64,000 nucleotides of DNA from a virus: positions 2,637 to 66,636 of IMG/VR virus record IMGVR_UViG_3300044837_000078, one strand, 5' to 3'. This document shows positions 48,333-58,416 of the stretch, one piece after another (position 1 is the first letter of the stretch; each line of letters starts with the position of its first letter). The position numbers and the translations under genes are program-made. The notes beneath the pieces are model-generated. The model made no database searches and was not told the DNA's origin. It saw nothing but the letters and a program-made list of their open reading frames with translations.

Positions 48333-49103
48333 TCATGATCGCGGGAACGGCACGGTCGGCACCGTGAAACCGGAATCGCTGGCGTAGCGCGCGACGCCCT
48401 TGGTGATGCGCAACTCATCTAGGTAGCCAGCGTAGTTGGCAGAGGTGATACCGTTAGCGGCGCTCCCGATCGCAAGAGCAAGACTGCTATTGTGTATCGT
48501 CGTCGGGGTGCTGTACGATCCCTCCATCACGCCGTCCAGATAGAGACGATACTTTGAACCATCGTAATCAACGCAGGCATGGTACTGCGAGGAATCGATG
48601 ACGAGAGTGGTGGTCCCGGTCATGCCAACCGCAGCGCCACCGCCACCTGTGGCGGTCATGAGCCACGCCAATTTGTTAGTCGCGACGTAGAATACCCAGC
48701 TCTGATCGCCGTCGAAAATTGACCACTGGTTACAAATAAACTGATTGAAGGCGGGCAGCGCGTGCGGCCTGATGAACCCTTCTATCGTAAATAGCCCGGC
48801 CCCGAAGTCCCAGTCGCTGCTGTCGGTAAAAAGTATGTCCGAAGCACCGTCCAGGAAAAGGGATGATGCGCCCGCCTTGAACTGGGCCGTGGAAATGCTG
48901 GCCCCTGTGTTTACTGTCGCGGTGCCGTGCGCGGCAGAACTTTCATCGGTCATGCCGGGGGCACCGGTCGAGCCGTTGCTCCCCTCGAAGCCCATCAGCA
49001 GTTTGACGTTGGCGAAATTTGGATCGGTCGGGCCGCCACCGCCAGCCGCCGGATCAATCGCGCCGCGCCCGCTGATAAATCCGCGCCTTGCCTGCCACAA
49101 CAT
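48333..49103 (-). CDS. LamG/concanavalin-like tail protein
   Basis: DPNFANVKLLMGFEG.NG, FTIE, LYLDG, GYLDELRITKGVARY...FT.PT.PFP. Confidence 0.85.
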   Translation of the reverse strand: MLWQARRGFISGRGAIDPAAGGGGPTDPNFANVKLLMGFEGSNGSTGAPGMTDESSAAHGTATVNTGASISTAQFKAGASSLFLDGASDILFTDSSDWDFGAGLFTIEGFIRPHALPAFNQFICNQWSIFDGDQSWVFYVATNKLAWLMTATGGGGAAVGMTGTTTLVIDSSQYHACVDYDGSKYRLYLDGVMEGSYSTPTTIHNSSLALAIGSAANGITSANYAGYLDELRITKGVARYASDSGFTVPTVPFPRS

Positions 49104-49679
49104 TTAGGTGAAGTTCCCGCAACCGATGGCGGTCACGTTCGCACCAGTGCTTACTTTCCACGCTCCTCCCGTGCTCTTGATCCCGAGCGGCACAAAGAAC
49201 GGCACCAGATTGCTGACGCTGGACGCGCCACCAGCGAAAATGCTGATGGATGATCCCGAGCCATCCTTGATGCTTACCGCGCCCGGCGAGGTCGTGCCCG
49301 GCACGATCAGGACGCCGGAGAGATAATCGCCAGCTGCCCCGGTGGCGCCCATCGCCTGGTCGGTCTGCGAGGCCGCAACCGTTTCATATTCCGCGTCGGA
49401 AATATCGGTCAGCCAGACCTTGTTGGTTGTGCCAGGCGTGGTCTGGTCAATGCCGACCTTGCCGATGATATTAGAGCCGGCCGCAAGAACGATCAGGGAT
49501 AGCAAATCCTTTAGGCGACCAAGCACAGTGTTCGCGGTCGGGCTTGCCGTCACGCGGCCAAGGACTTCGGCTTCGGCCTCGTCATAAAGGATACGCGCGG
49601 TGCCATGACCGGTTGCGCCGAAGTCCTTGGTCTTGAACTTGGTTCCGGCCGGGATTGGCGTGGTGATATTATCGGTCAT
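49104..49679 (-). CDS. Virion structural protein
   Basis: Tail module position; L.AG.N.IGKV motif and a beta-rich C-terminus. Confidence 0.6.
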   Translation of the reverse strand: MTDNITTPIPAGTKFKTKDFGATGHGTARILYDEAEAEVLGRVTASPTANTVLGRLKDLLSLIVLAAGSNIIGKVGIDQTTPGTTNKVWLTDISDAEYETVAASQTDQAMGATGAAGDYLSGVLIVPGTTSPGAVSIKDGSGSSISIFAGGASSVSNLVPFFVPLGIKSTGGAWKVSTGANVTAIGCGNFT

Positions 49680-49681
49680 GC

Positions 49682-50116
49682 CTAGGCCTCAGTGATCACG
49701 CTGGTGGTCGGGAGCGTTGGTGCGGGAGTGCCAGCGCCGATTGGAATGTTCGGTGAAACTGTCCCGCGATAGAGAATTTTCCCAGCCCCGCTGGGTGCCG
49801 TTCCAACCGCTGCATGCGTTGCACTTGCGGTGCTGCCGCCCGTCCATGCCGGGAAAACAATAGGGCTTACTGGCGACACGTCGGAGCCAGTCACCGTCCA
49901 TCCACTTGAGGTGCGCACGATCGCAACACGGCCATAGGAGGTGTAGGCGCATTCATTGGTGGTCTGATCGCCCGCGCCGCCTGGGTCTGCGATGTGCAGC
50001 GAGAGATAGAGATTTGTCAGCGGCGACGATGCCGCATTATCGGCGAGGTTGGCGATCGGCGTTCCATTAAAGATTAGCAACAGCAAATCGTGGTCGAAGG
50101 CGTCCGATTTTGGCAT
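49682..50116 (-). CDS. Tail-associated structural protein
   Basis: LYLSLH.ADPG..G.Q...E..Y..Y.RVA...I.FP...G.ILY.G. Confidence 0.7.
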   Translation of the reverse strand: MPKSDAFDHDLLLLIFNGTPIANLADNAASSPLTNLYLSLHIADPGGAGDQTTNECAYTSYGRVAIVRTSSGWTVTGSDVSPVSPIVFPAWTGGSTASATHAAVGTAPSGAGKILYRGTVSPNIPIGAGTPAPTLPTTSVITEA

Positions 50117-50124
50117 TCAGGCTC

Positions 50125-52290
50125 CTAGAGCAGCAAGAGGAAGATGTCGTCGTCGTCGGAACTAGACGTGAAGGTGACGCTCGCTGCGCCCGCTGAGGTA
50201 AAGATGCCGACGCCGCCAGCGGAAAACGATGCGGTTGACGAGCCTTCCATCAGAAATCCCAAATTCCCAATGATGTAGCTGCCGGCATATTTTGCCGTGT
50301 TCAAGGTGATGATAAGCCTGTCCATGTTGCCGCTGAAGAAACCGGCAAAATTGTCGGAGTTGGCGCCTATCGCCAGTGGTTTTGTGCCGTCCGCAAAGGA
50401 CAGATTGCTGATGACGGCTGAATCGACCACGATGCCATTGATGTACAATCTCGCCGTGGTGCCGTCATAATCAACGGCGGCGGCGTTCCATCTGTTAGCC
50501 GCAAGCGTGCCGCCACGTAACAGCTCGTTGTTGTCAACCCCGCCAACGCTGTAACTGAACACCAACTCGTCGTCGTTCTGCCACAGGATCCACGAGAGAT
50601 CGACGGATGGACCAAAGGGCTCCAGGTTGCCCCACTGCCCGACAATAAAACCAGCAGTCGAAACAATACTGGTCGGGCGTATCCAGTCTTCCACGGTGAA
50701 GCGGCCGTTGCGGCTGCTGTTGACAGCGGTCAGATGCCAGTCGGGACTATCGGCGAAGTTTAGCGCATCGTCGCCATCGAACAGACCCGACGAGCCGCCG
50801 AATTTATATTGTGTGGTGTCGACCTGAACGTCGCCGATGACTGTTGCGTTGCCGTGATGCGCCGGGCTTTCGTCGGTGAAGATCGTGCTGCCATTCGCGC
50901 CCGGAAAATTGAGTAGCAGCACGACTCTTGGGATGTTGCGCCGGCCACCATTAAGCGACATGCCGCCATTGATATCGGCACCGGCCTCAGTCAATAGCGC
51001 CAGCCCTTGTATGCCGGTCGCTCTCGATTTGGTGTAGGTCGCTTCCTCGACCAAAATCGTATAGGCATCGCCTTCATTAGTGGTGAGCCGGATCACGTCG
51101 GACACTTCGGTCACGACGTTGTCCAACTCGATTGGAAATCGCAGTGCCTTGGCTCTGAGCCGATAGAGTAGATCGAAGGCCATCTCCCGCGCAGTGGTGT
51201 TGTCGGTGCCAAAGATCGACTGCACCGATGTGATCACGGTCGAGGCCGCGGTGCCTTCGTGCAGCGCCGGTTCCATTCCGGTATCGAAATCTGTGTCGAC
51301 ATTCGGAAACTGGAAATTGATCCCAATCGGCAATTGCGATGGATTGACACGCGTGCTCGGCACGGCCGGCGCGCCGTTGGCGCGGTCGACGTCGGCTTCC
51401 GCCACCTCCAGATCGATGACCAGGCTTGAACTGATCGGCTTGCGCACGATCGTGATCGGATCGCCGTCTAGGATTTGATAATTGTAGATATCCTTGTGCC
51501 GGGTCAGAACATCGACAGCCGTACCCTGATCGGAGATGGTGGCGCCATAACACTCATCGTCGATGCCATCGGTGTCAAAGGAGATGCTGACGCCAGTGCG
51601 CAGGATGTAGCGGTCAATGATCTTCTGAAAGCAGGTATCGACGCGCACCAGAATCGTATCGGTGCGCCTGAACAGGCAACTGATGGTCGGGATGGCGTTG
51701 CCGGAGATCAACACCGGAAAATCGATAAAGGTGATGGTCCGCAGGCCGCGGTTCGCTGGCACATTGGCCTCGCCAAGAATGCTGACCATGGTGGCGTCGG
51801 CGAGTTCGCCGGGTCCGCCGGTGTGCAGCACCATGCTGGCGATACAGGCGTCGAGCGCGCTCTGCGCATCCGGCGTCAGGTTGGCGACCGCGAGGCCAGC
51901 CGTTGGATTGACAGAGAAATCATAAAACTGCGTGCCGTTGGCCCACAGTTTTTGAATGCGGATCGGCTCGTCGGGATCGGCGGGCTCGCAGAATGCCCAC
52001 ATCCCCGTCACCAACCCGGTCTGCGTCGCATCCGGACTGGCCACAATTCCGGTCGTCCAGATGTTCTGGCCTCCTAGCCGCCCCGTGCCGTAGGCCATCA
52101 TGACCGTCGAGCCGATGGTGTTGGGGCTGGTTAGGTTGAATACTGGTGCTGGAGCCGGGGCCGGGGTTGGCGCAACTGTCGCGGCAGTCGGCTGGCTATT
52201 GGAGTAGTTCCAATAAAAGTTTGACCCCATCCCAATGATGTCGCCATTCGGCGCAACATAGGTTCCTCCAGGGCCGAAGTTGCTCATCAC
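50125..52290 (-). CDS. Tail tip/central fibre protein with a C-terminal LamG domain
   Basis: YGT.RL.GQ.IW, I.KLWANG, PA.RGL..I.F.DFP....GN.IP; C-terminal LamG domain. Confidence 0.8.
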   Translation of the reverse strand: MMSNFGPGGTYVAPNGDIIGMGSNFYWNYSNSQPTAATVAPTPAPAPAPVFNLTSPNTIGSTVMMAYGTGRLGGQNIWTTGIVASPDATQTGLVTGMWAFCEPADPDEPIRIQKLWANGTQFYDFSVNPTAGLAVANLTPDAQSALDACIASMVLHTGGPGELADATMVSILGEANVPANRGLRTITFIDFPVLISGNAIPTISCLFRRTDTILVRVDTCFQKIIDRYILRTGVSISFDTDGIDDECYGATISDQGTAVDVLTRHKDIYNYQILDGDPITIVRKPISSSLVIDLEVAEADVDRANGAPAVPSTRVNPSQLPIGINFQFPNVDTDFDTGMEPALHEGTAASTVITSVQSIFGTDNTTAREMAFDLLYRLRAKALRFPIELDNVVTEVSDVIRLTTNEGDAYTILVEEATYTKSRATGIQGLALLTEAGADINGGMSLNGGRRNIPRVVLLLNFPGANGSTIFTDESPAHHGNATVIGDVQVDTTQYKFGGSSGLFDGDDALNFADSPDWHLTAVNSSRNGRFTVEDWIRPTSIVSTAGFIVGQWGNLEPFGPSVDLSWILWQNDDELVFSYSVGGVDNNELLRGGTLAANRWNAAAVDYDGTTARLYINGIVVDSAVISNLSFADGTKPLAIGANSDNFAGFFSGNMDRLIITLNTAKYAGSYIIGNLGFLMEGSSTASFSAGGVGIFTSAGAASVTFTSSSDDDDIFLLLL

Positions 52291-53345
52291 GCCCGCCCCG
52301 TCGCGAAGTCAGTCCCCGGCGCATACGGCACGCCGCGGAAATTATCCTTGTTTAAGAAAACGTCGCGGCAAGTGGCGAACACCTTGTCGCAGCCGCGGTG
52401 GATCAGAAAATGTGTGCCAACCGGGAAATTAGACGGCGCGAACGGCTCGAATGTGGTGACGATATTGGTGCCGCTATCAAACGCGCAGATTGGAATCTTG
52501 ATGCCGGCCAGGGGTCCGTCCTGCGGGATGATGTTGCCGGTGATCGTCGGCAGAGGGTTTGGCGTTGCGGTAAGTTGAATAATGAAGAAGTCCGTCGCAT
52601 GGCCGACCGCGGCCACCAGCCACGCCTGCCGCGCGGTGAATACCGCCGTTCCGTCGGTTATCGTGTTGCCGATGATGGTCGGATAGACCGGCTGTATGGT
52701 GGCGTGAGTGGTCCCAGCTGTGGTGCATTCATAGGCGCGATCATTGTAGGAACCGCCCTGAAGCACGCGGCCCCAGACGTCGCTGGTTTTAATGAACAGC
52801 GCCGGTGTCGCTTGCGTCACGAACGCAACGCCGCGGCCGATATCTGGAACATAGTCAGAGCCGAGCGGAATATGGCAGCGGTTGTCGCCGAATTTTGCTT
52901 TGCAGGTGATGGTATGAACTTCGGTGACTGGCCCAAGCATCAACGCCAGCGGGCCTTGCGCGGCAATCACGACGACGCCGTTGGTGTCTTCCGCAGCCGA
53001 GCCGATGATGGCATTCGGCAGCATGTCGAAGGTGCCGGCCGATGGATTGCCGACGTCGAAAATCTCTATTTTGATCGGCCGCCCGTCGAGCAGCCCGCGA
53101 CGCGCCATGCCTGGCGTGATGATGACACCGTCCGGCGAAATGCGAACATCGGCACCCGCAGGCGTGCCGTCGGTGGTATAGAGGATTTGCGTGAGGTTCA
53201 CTGCGCTTTCGGCAAGGAAGATGTTGCCGTTGAGCAGAACGTCTTCAGACGCCGTCGTCACCCGCAGCGTTTCGGCAAACAGCTGGATCGTGATCGCGGC
53301 GTGAATGCCGAGCGCTTGCGGCCCGTTGAACGGCAGTGTCCTCAA
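52287..53345 (-). CDS. Baseplate hub protein (DUF2163/BR0599-like)
   Basis: C.A.FGD.RC and GCDK.F.TC...F.N..NFRG.P..PG.D. Confidence 0.85.
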   Translation of the reverse strand: MRTLPFNGPQALGIHAAITIQLFAETLRVTTASEDVLLNGNIFLAESAVNLTQILYTTDGTPAGADVRISPDGVIITPGMARRGLLDGRPIKIEIFDVGNPSAGTFDMLPNAIIGSAAEDTNGVVVIAAQGPLALMLGPVTEVHTITCKAKFGDNRCHIPLGSDYVPDIGRGVAFVTQATPALFIKTSDVWGRVLQGGSYNDRAYECTTAGTTHATIQPVYPTIIGNTITDGTAVFTARQAWLVAAVGHATDFFIIQLTATPNPLPTITGNIIPQDGPLAGIKIPICAFDSGTNIVTTFEPFAPSNFPVGTHFLIHRGCDKVFATCRDVFLNKDNFRGVPYAPGTDFATGRA

Positions 53346-53950
53346 GATGTCCGCCTGATCAACTCTTTTGCAAAAATCTGCTCCAGCCGGATGTCATGAA
53401 ACTGATATTGCCCCGGCCCGAAGGCATTGGCGCTCGGCGCGTCCAGCATGCAGACCGGCCTGAGGTAATTGGCGGTCACCTCGACCGTGTCGCTCAATGG
53501 ATTGAGTGCCGGGCTCAAGGTGATGACCCCATAGTCGCCGAGCACGGCATGGCCGGAGGTGGCGGCGACGCCGTTGATCTCGATCAGCACCGAGCCGTCG
53601 AAAATCAGCACGCGCTCGAATACCTGGAGGTTTCCGGTCGATGGTGCCCAGGTCTTGCCGACCAGCGCTGAGAGACCATCAGCCGCGATCAGCGCCTCTT
53701 CGTTGACAAGTGCATTCGCGATGGGATCTCGCATGCACAGCAGTTTGTCCGTGCCTGCCACCATGATGATGGCCTGCATTTCATCGGCATAGTCCGGCGA
53801 TACCGTGACGATATAGTTGCGCAGAACATCGCGCATCCGTTTGCGGCCAGAGATACCGCCCTCGGAAGTGTTTTTCGCCGTATCCGGCACAGGGGTTACG
53901 GTGGCGCCGGCCGCGATCGCGTCCGGGATTCTTGGCAGGTTGACCGTCAT
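53342..53950 (-). CDS. Distal tail protein (DUF2460-like)
   Basis: Position between the tape measure and hub genes; RDP motif; about 200 aa. Confidence 0.65.
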   Translation of the reverse strand: MTVNLPRIPDAIAAGATVTPVPDTAKNTSEGGISGRKRMRDVLRNYIVTVSPDYADEMQAIIMVAGTDKLLCMRDPIANALVNEEALIAADGLSALVGKTWAPSTGNLQVFERVLIFDGSVLIEINGVAATSGHAVLGDYGVITLSPALNPLSDTVEVTANYLRPVCMLDAPSANAFGPGQYQFHDIRLEQIFAKELIRRTS

Positions 53951-56900
53951 CCGCGCATCGCCCGCTGAATTTGGGCGCGAGACCGCATGAAGTCGTCGGC
54001 CTGCACGCCCTGCTGCACATAAATCTTGACGGATCGATCCGCGCCGGGGCCGCCCGCGCTACCGCCGCTCGCCGCGACCGCCGCACTGACGCTGCCGCCG
54101 ATCGCCGAGTCCGACATCACGCCAGAGCTGGAGCCCGGGATATTGTCCTGCAGCGCCGGCATGAACCTGGAGAGCGATTCCGGCGTGACGCGAATGGTGT
54201 TCTTCAGATCGTCGAAGGCTTTGGCCTCGTTCGGCGGCAGCACCACAATCCGCTCGCCTGGCGTGGCCTTGATCCCGACGGTAACATTGTCAGCACCACC
54301 AACACCGCCTGGCACGACGAACGTGCCGCCGTCGGCCATACCGGCGAACGGCGAAATCTGGCCGCCAAAGCTCGGGTTGCCGCCGTTGACATGGGGAACG
54401 CCTGCGACAGAGCCGGCTGCGTACTGGACAAGATTCGCGTGCTGCGTTGCATTCAGGTAAGCGGCATAGGCGGCCGCGTCCTGCGGAGTCTGGCCGATGA
54501 TGCCGGTTGATGTGCCTGTCGTGCTCGCCATAGCCCTGGCGCTCGCCGCCATCTGCGCCAGCGCCGCCGTCACCGTGTTGCTGATGGAATTGGCGCCAGC
54601 CGTGATCGCATCGATCACCTTGGCCGCGATCTGGTCCAGCTTGTCCTTGAGGTTGGCGGTCTGGTCCTGCGTATTCTCGGCGAGGTGCGCGGCCACGATG
54701 TCGGCACCGGCCAGCCACGGCTCGCCCATGGCAGCGCCGAGCGTGAACTGCCCGCCGGTGGCAAATGCCATGATGCCGGTTTTGGTCGACGGAGATCCTG
54801 CCATCGAAGGATTAGGCGGCGGCGTGCCGCCGGGCGGGGTGATGGTGACCGTCTCGCCGGGGCTGGCCATGAACTCGACGTGTTCGGTGTCGGTGCCGCC
54901 GGCGCCCTGGACGGTGAACTGGCCGCCGATCGCCATCGCCGGCAACGAGCCATCGGCGACCGATGAGGCAATGTCGGTGCTACCCATGCCTTGGGCGAAA
55001 AAGGCAGCGCTTGGCGTAAATCCGCCGCTGTCGCTGCCGGACGATCCGCCACCTACCGACTGGCCGCCGCCGGCCGAACTGTCGCCTCCGGATGAGCCGA
55101 ATATGCCACTGCCGCCAGATAGGCCACCGCCGCCGCTGAGGCCCCCGCTGAAGCCTCCGCCGCTTGAACTGGCTACCGAGACCGCGCCCGATACGGCGCC
55201 CGCTACCGAGTTCGCTATCGACGGCCCTAGCGCGTTGACCGAACCGACGATGTCGCTGGAGCCTGTCGAGACCGCTTCCGTGGTCTGGCCGACACCTGCG
55301 GTGGTTGCCATGCTGGCAACGTGGACGTCATCAAGGCCGGCGTTGGTCGCGCTAAATCCCGAGGTGGTGGCTTGATTACCCGCCAGCGTCGCCTGGTTGA
55401 CGCCGTCGAGCGTCCGCAGCGAGCCCTGCGTCGCCTGCTCGACGCCACTAAGCGAGGTGTTGGTCTTGTCGCCGATCGAGGTCATATTCTCGGTTTGGCT
55501 TATGACCGTGTCGGCGACCGTCCTGCCGCTGTTGTCCTGCGATTGCTTGAGCGCATCGGTCTGCTGCTGGACATCATCTTTCCCAGCTAGGTTGGTGCCG
55601 CCTGGGCCAAACCCCGCGGATTGCAGCGCGGTCGAGCCCGACGGGTTGGCGGGGAAATAAGGATTACTGTCGTAGTAGCTCGATTGCGCTGTGCCGAGGG
55701 CCTGCATCGGCGCGTTCGGAGTTGAGATGCCCTGCGCATCCGCCCCCGCGGGACGCGGTTGCGGCAGCGGTATAGTGGGAGCCGACGTATCCTGCACGTA
55801 CTTGTTATAACTTGGGAACGATATCGGTGCGCTGATGCCGGGCTGGTACGGAAACGGATTTTGCTGGCCAGCGAACGTGTAGTCATTGGTCTTGGGCTGG
55901 AAGCCGTAGCCGACGTTGCTGGGATTGTTCGGTATAAACGCCATCGAGGCTTCGTCATAGTGCCCTAGCACTGGCGGTGGATAGCTTGAAGAAACGCCGC
56001 CTGGAGGAAGCGTCTGGAGTCCTCCGTTCTGCTGCGCGATATTCTGGTTGAAAGACTGCTGCGACTGAAAATCCCTCTGCAGCTCTTGCAGCTGGTTCGT
56101 GAACATAGCAGTCTGCTGCGAGATGCTTTGGGGAGCCATGCCTTTAATGAGGCCGTCCGCGTTGAAAACCTGCCCAGCCGTAGGATTGGCATCGAACGGA
56201 TTGAGCGGGTTAGCGATGGTATCAGCGGAACTAACCCCCGGATTTGGAAATGACTTGCCGGAGCTCGTGCTGGTGCTCGTGCTCGTGGCGGGCTGAAAGC
56301 CGGCGGCCCGGATCGGCACGGCCAGCCCAGCCGCCTCGCCCATGCCTTGCATCTGCTCGGCGCGAATCTGGTCCGGCGTCAGCGTCGCCCGTTGTCCAGA
56401 TTGGTTTGTCTGCGGCTGCTGCTGCGAAGGCGTCGATTTAAAGCCGCCGAAGGTAGCGCCGCCGCTGGCCGTGCTGGACGCGGCCGCTGCTGTAGTCGCT
56501 GTCGACGTGGTCGATAGTGTCGCCGTGGTTCCGGTTGCCGCGGTTGCAATCGTGGTCGACGCCATCACGCTCTTGAACGAGATCGCCAGACCGGCAATTG
56601 CCGCCGTGACCGCAGCAGTCACGATCCCGAGTTTGTCGATAATCGCCGCCGTCTGTGTCTGGATGTCCTGCGACAAATGCGCCGAGACAATGTCGCCTTG
56701 GGCTGCCGGGGTGTTATCGTTGGTCGGAATCAGCGAGCCCAGCGTTTGTGCGCCGCTGCCGCCGACTATGCTCGGCGTGTCAATCGATACCGTCTCGCCA
56801 GGCGTCGCCATGAACTGAATGAGCTGGCTGTCGGTGCCGCCGCTTCCTCCAACCACGAAGCTTCCGCCACTGGCGAAACCCTGAAGGTTGGAGGCTACGG

Positions 56901-58368
56901 CGTCGTTGATGAATGAGGAATTGTCGAAGCTGAAAGGACTGGCGCCACCGCCGCCTCCAAGCCCTGCGCCGCCGAATTGCTGCGCGGCCATGCCCGCACC
57001 TTCAGCGCCGCCTATGCCGCCGGACGCGTTTATATTCTGCTGCACAATGCTCGGTATCTGGGGAATGCTCTTGATAGCGTCGGCAAGGGACTTGGCGTCC
57101 CTGGCGTCCTGCTGAAGGATTTCACCAACTGTGCTCAGGATGCCGTTTACGCCCTGAAATGCGCCGGTTTGTGCGATGGTTTCAAGCAGATTGCCCCACG
57201 ATATCTTGAGTTGCCTAGTTGCCTGATCGAACGTCTGCGGCTTGGTCGGGTCGAAGTTGGCGTCAACGGCCGGCTTAATTCGGTTGATCGCAGCTTCAAG
57301 GTCAGCGAGTGGAATAGGTGTCTTGGCGAGTTGCCTGGCAAACTCGTTGACGTCGGTGTAATTGAACGCCGATGAGATAGCGCGTGCGACTTGCGGCGAG
57401 GTATCGCGGATTGCCTGAAACGTATCTGCTGTGAGGCCGCCGACCTTGCTGATCCCCTGCGAGAGCGAATCTAACACCTTGCTTTCTTCTGCGGCGTTCG
57501 CGCCCGACGACTGCATCACCTCGCCCAAGGTGGTGAACATTGAGTTGAGGTTTTTGATTTCGCTCGCGGTCTTGTTGCTGCCGAGCTGAATCACAGGCCA
57601 GCTCGTGCTCATTTTGTCGACGCCCTGGGCGGCCTTTTCGACCGCGCTTGCCAGCGTCGTGAATTCAACGCCCGTCGCGTTGGCACTTTGCTTGATAAGG
57701 CCGAATGAGGCAGCGCCCTCCTTGATGCTGCCCGTGATCGCAGACAACCGGCTCTTGGCCCGATCGACCTCGTCGCCGGCCTTGACGATGGCCATAGCGG
57801 CAACACCAGCCGCCGCCGCAATGCTACCAAACTCAAACGTTGCGGAATGCACATATGTGGCCAGTGACTTGAGCGTCGTGCCGCCAGCGCCGGCCGCCTG
57901 CGCGATATTGTTGAGGGGCAGAACGGCGCCGCCCGCCGCGCCGGCCAGCGTGTTGAGCGCGCCGCTATGACTGGTCGCGGCATCGCCTGCCGCCTTGTGG
58001 GCATCGACCGCGCCTTTCAGCGCCGCGCTGGCGGCTGTGTAGGAAGCACCGGTCTTTGCGACGATGGTATCCAGCGCTTGAGATATGTTGAGATATTTCC
58101 CGCCTTCTGCGGCAGCGCTGACGAGGGACTTCGCCATTCCATCCACAGACTGCGCCGATGCAGTCGCGCTGTTCTTGATATTCGAGGTGGACGATGCAAC
58201 CTTGTCCAGCCCGGCCGATGCGCTCGCGCTCGAGGCTTGGGTCTTGTCAAGCTCGGCGTTGAGGCCCTGGACCTTGGCCTTGGTATTGTCGAGTTCGTCC
58301 TGCAGCGACTTGAGGCCGCTCGTGTCGCTACTGAAGCCCACGCTCGATATATCGACCACTTCGCTCAC
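53947..58368 (-). CDS. Tail tape measure protein
   Basis: 1473 aa, Ala/Gly/Ser-rich, tape-measure domain and C-terminal F.RSR.QI. Confidence 0.85.
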   Translation of the reverse strand: MSEVVDISSVGFSSDTSGLKSLQDELDNTKAKVQGLNAELDKTQASSASASAGLDKVASSTSNIKNSATASAQSVDGMAKSLVSAAAEGGKYLNISQALDTIVAKTGASYTAASAALKGAVDAHKAAGDAATSHSGALNTLAGAAGGAVLPLNNIAQAAGAGGTTLKSLATYVHSATFEFGSIAAAAGVAAMAIVKAGDEVDRAKSRLSAITGSIKEGAASFGLIKQSANATGVEFTTLASAVEKAAQGVDKMSTSWPVIQLGSNKTASEIKNLNSMFTTLGEVMQSSGANAAEESKVLDSLSQGISKVGGLTADTFQAIRDTSPQVARAISSAFNYTDVNEFARQLAKTPIPLADLEAAINRIKPAVDANFDPTKPQTFDQATRQLKISWGNLLETIAQTGAFQGVNGILSTVGEILQQDARDAKSLADAIKSIPQIPSIVQQNINASGGIGGAEGAGMAAQQFGGAGLGGGGGASPFSFDNSSFINDAVASNLQGFASGGSFVVGGSGGTDSQLIQFMATPGETVSIDTPSIVGGSGAQTLGSLIPTNDNTPAAQGDIVSAHLSQDIQTQTAAIIDKLGIVTAAVTAAIAGLAISFKSVMASTTIATAATGTTATLSTTSTATTAAAASSTASGGATFGGFKSTPSQQQPQTNQSGQRATLTPDQIRAEQMQGMGEAAGLAVPIRAAGFQPATSTSTSTSSGKSFPNPGVSSADTIANPLNPFDANPTAGQVFNADGLIKGMAPQSISQQTAMFTNQLQELQRDFQSQQSFNQNIAQQNGGLQTLPPGGVSSSYPPPVLGHYDEASMAFIPNNPSNVGYGFQPKTNDYTFAGQQNPFPYQPGISAPISFPSYNKYVQDTSAPTIPLPQPRPAGADAQGISTPNAPMQALGTAQSSYYDSNPYFPANPSGSTALQSAGFGPGGTNLAGKDDVQQQTDALKQSQDNSGRTVADTVISQTENMTSIGDKTNTSLSGVEQATQGSLRTLDGVNQATLAGNQATTSGFSATNAGLDDVHVASMATTAGVGQTTEAVSTGSSDIVGSVNALGPSIANSVAGAVSGAVSVASSSGGGFSGGLSGGGGLSGGSGIFGSSGGDSSAGGGQSVGGGSSGSDSGGFTPSAAFFAQGMGSTDIASSVADGSLPAMAIGGQFTVQGAGGTDTEHVEFMASPGETVTITPPGGTPPPNPSMAGSPSTKTGIMAFATGGQFTLGAAMGEPWLAGADIVAAHLAENTQDQTANLKDKLDQIAAKVIDAITAGANSISNTVTAALAQMAASARAMASTTGTSTGIIGQTPQDAAAYAAYLNATQHANLVQYAAGSVAGVPHVNGGNPSFGGQISPFAGMADGGTFVVPGGVGGADNVTVGIKATPGERIVVLPPNEAKAFDDLKNTIRVTPESLSRFMPALQDNIPGSSSGVMSDSAIGGSVSAAVAASGGSAGGPGADRSVKIYVQQGVQADDFMRSRAQIQRAMRG

Positions 58369-58416
58369 CCTGATTTTATGTTACGGTGCTTCGATTGCAA
58401 AAGTCGGAGCGTTGTA

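Noticed and set aside
48333-51000. Diversity-generating retroelement acting on the two LamG tail domains
   Set aside because: No reverse transcriptase was seen, and the similarity is protein-level paralogy, not an adenine-specific TR/VR pair.
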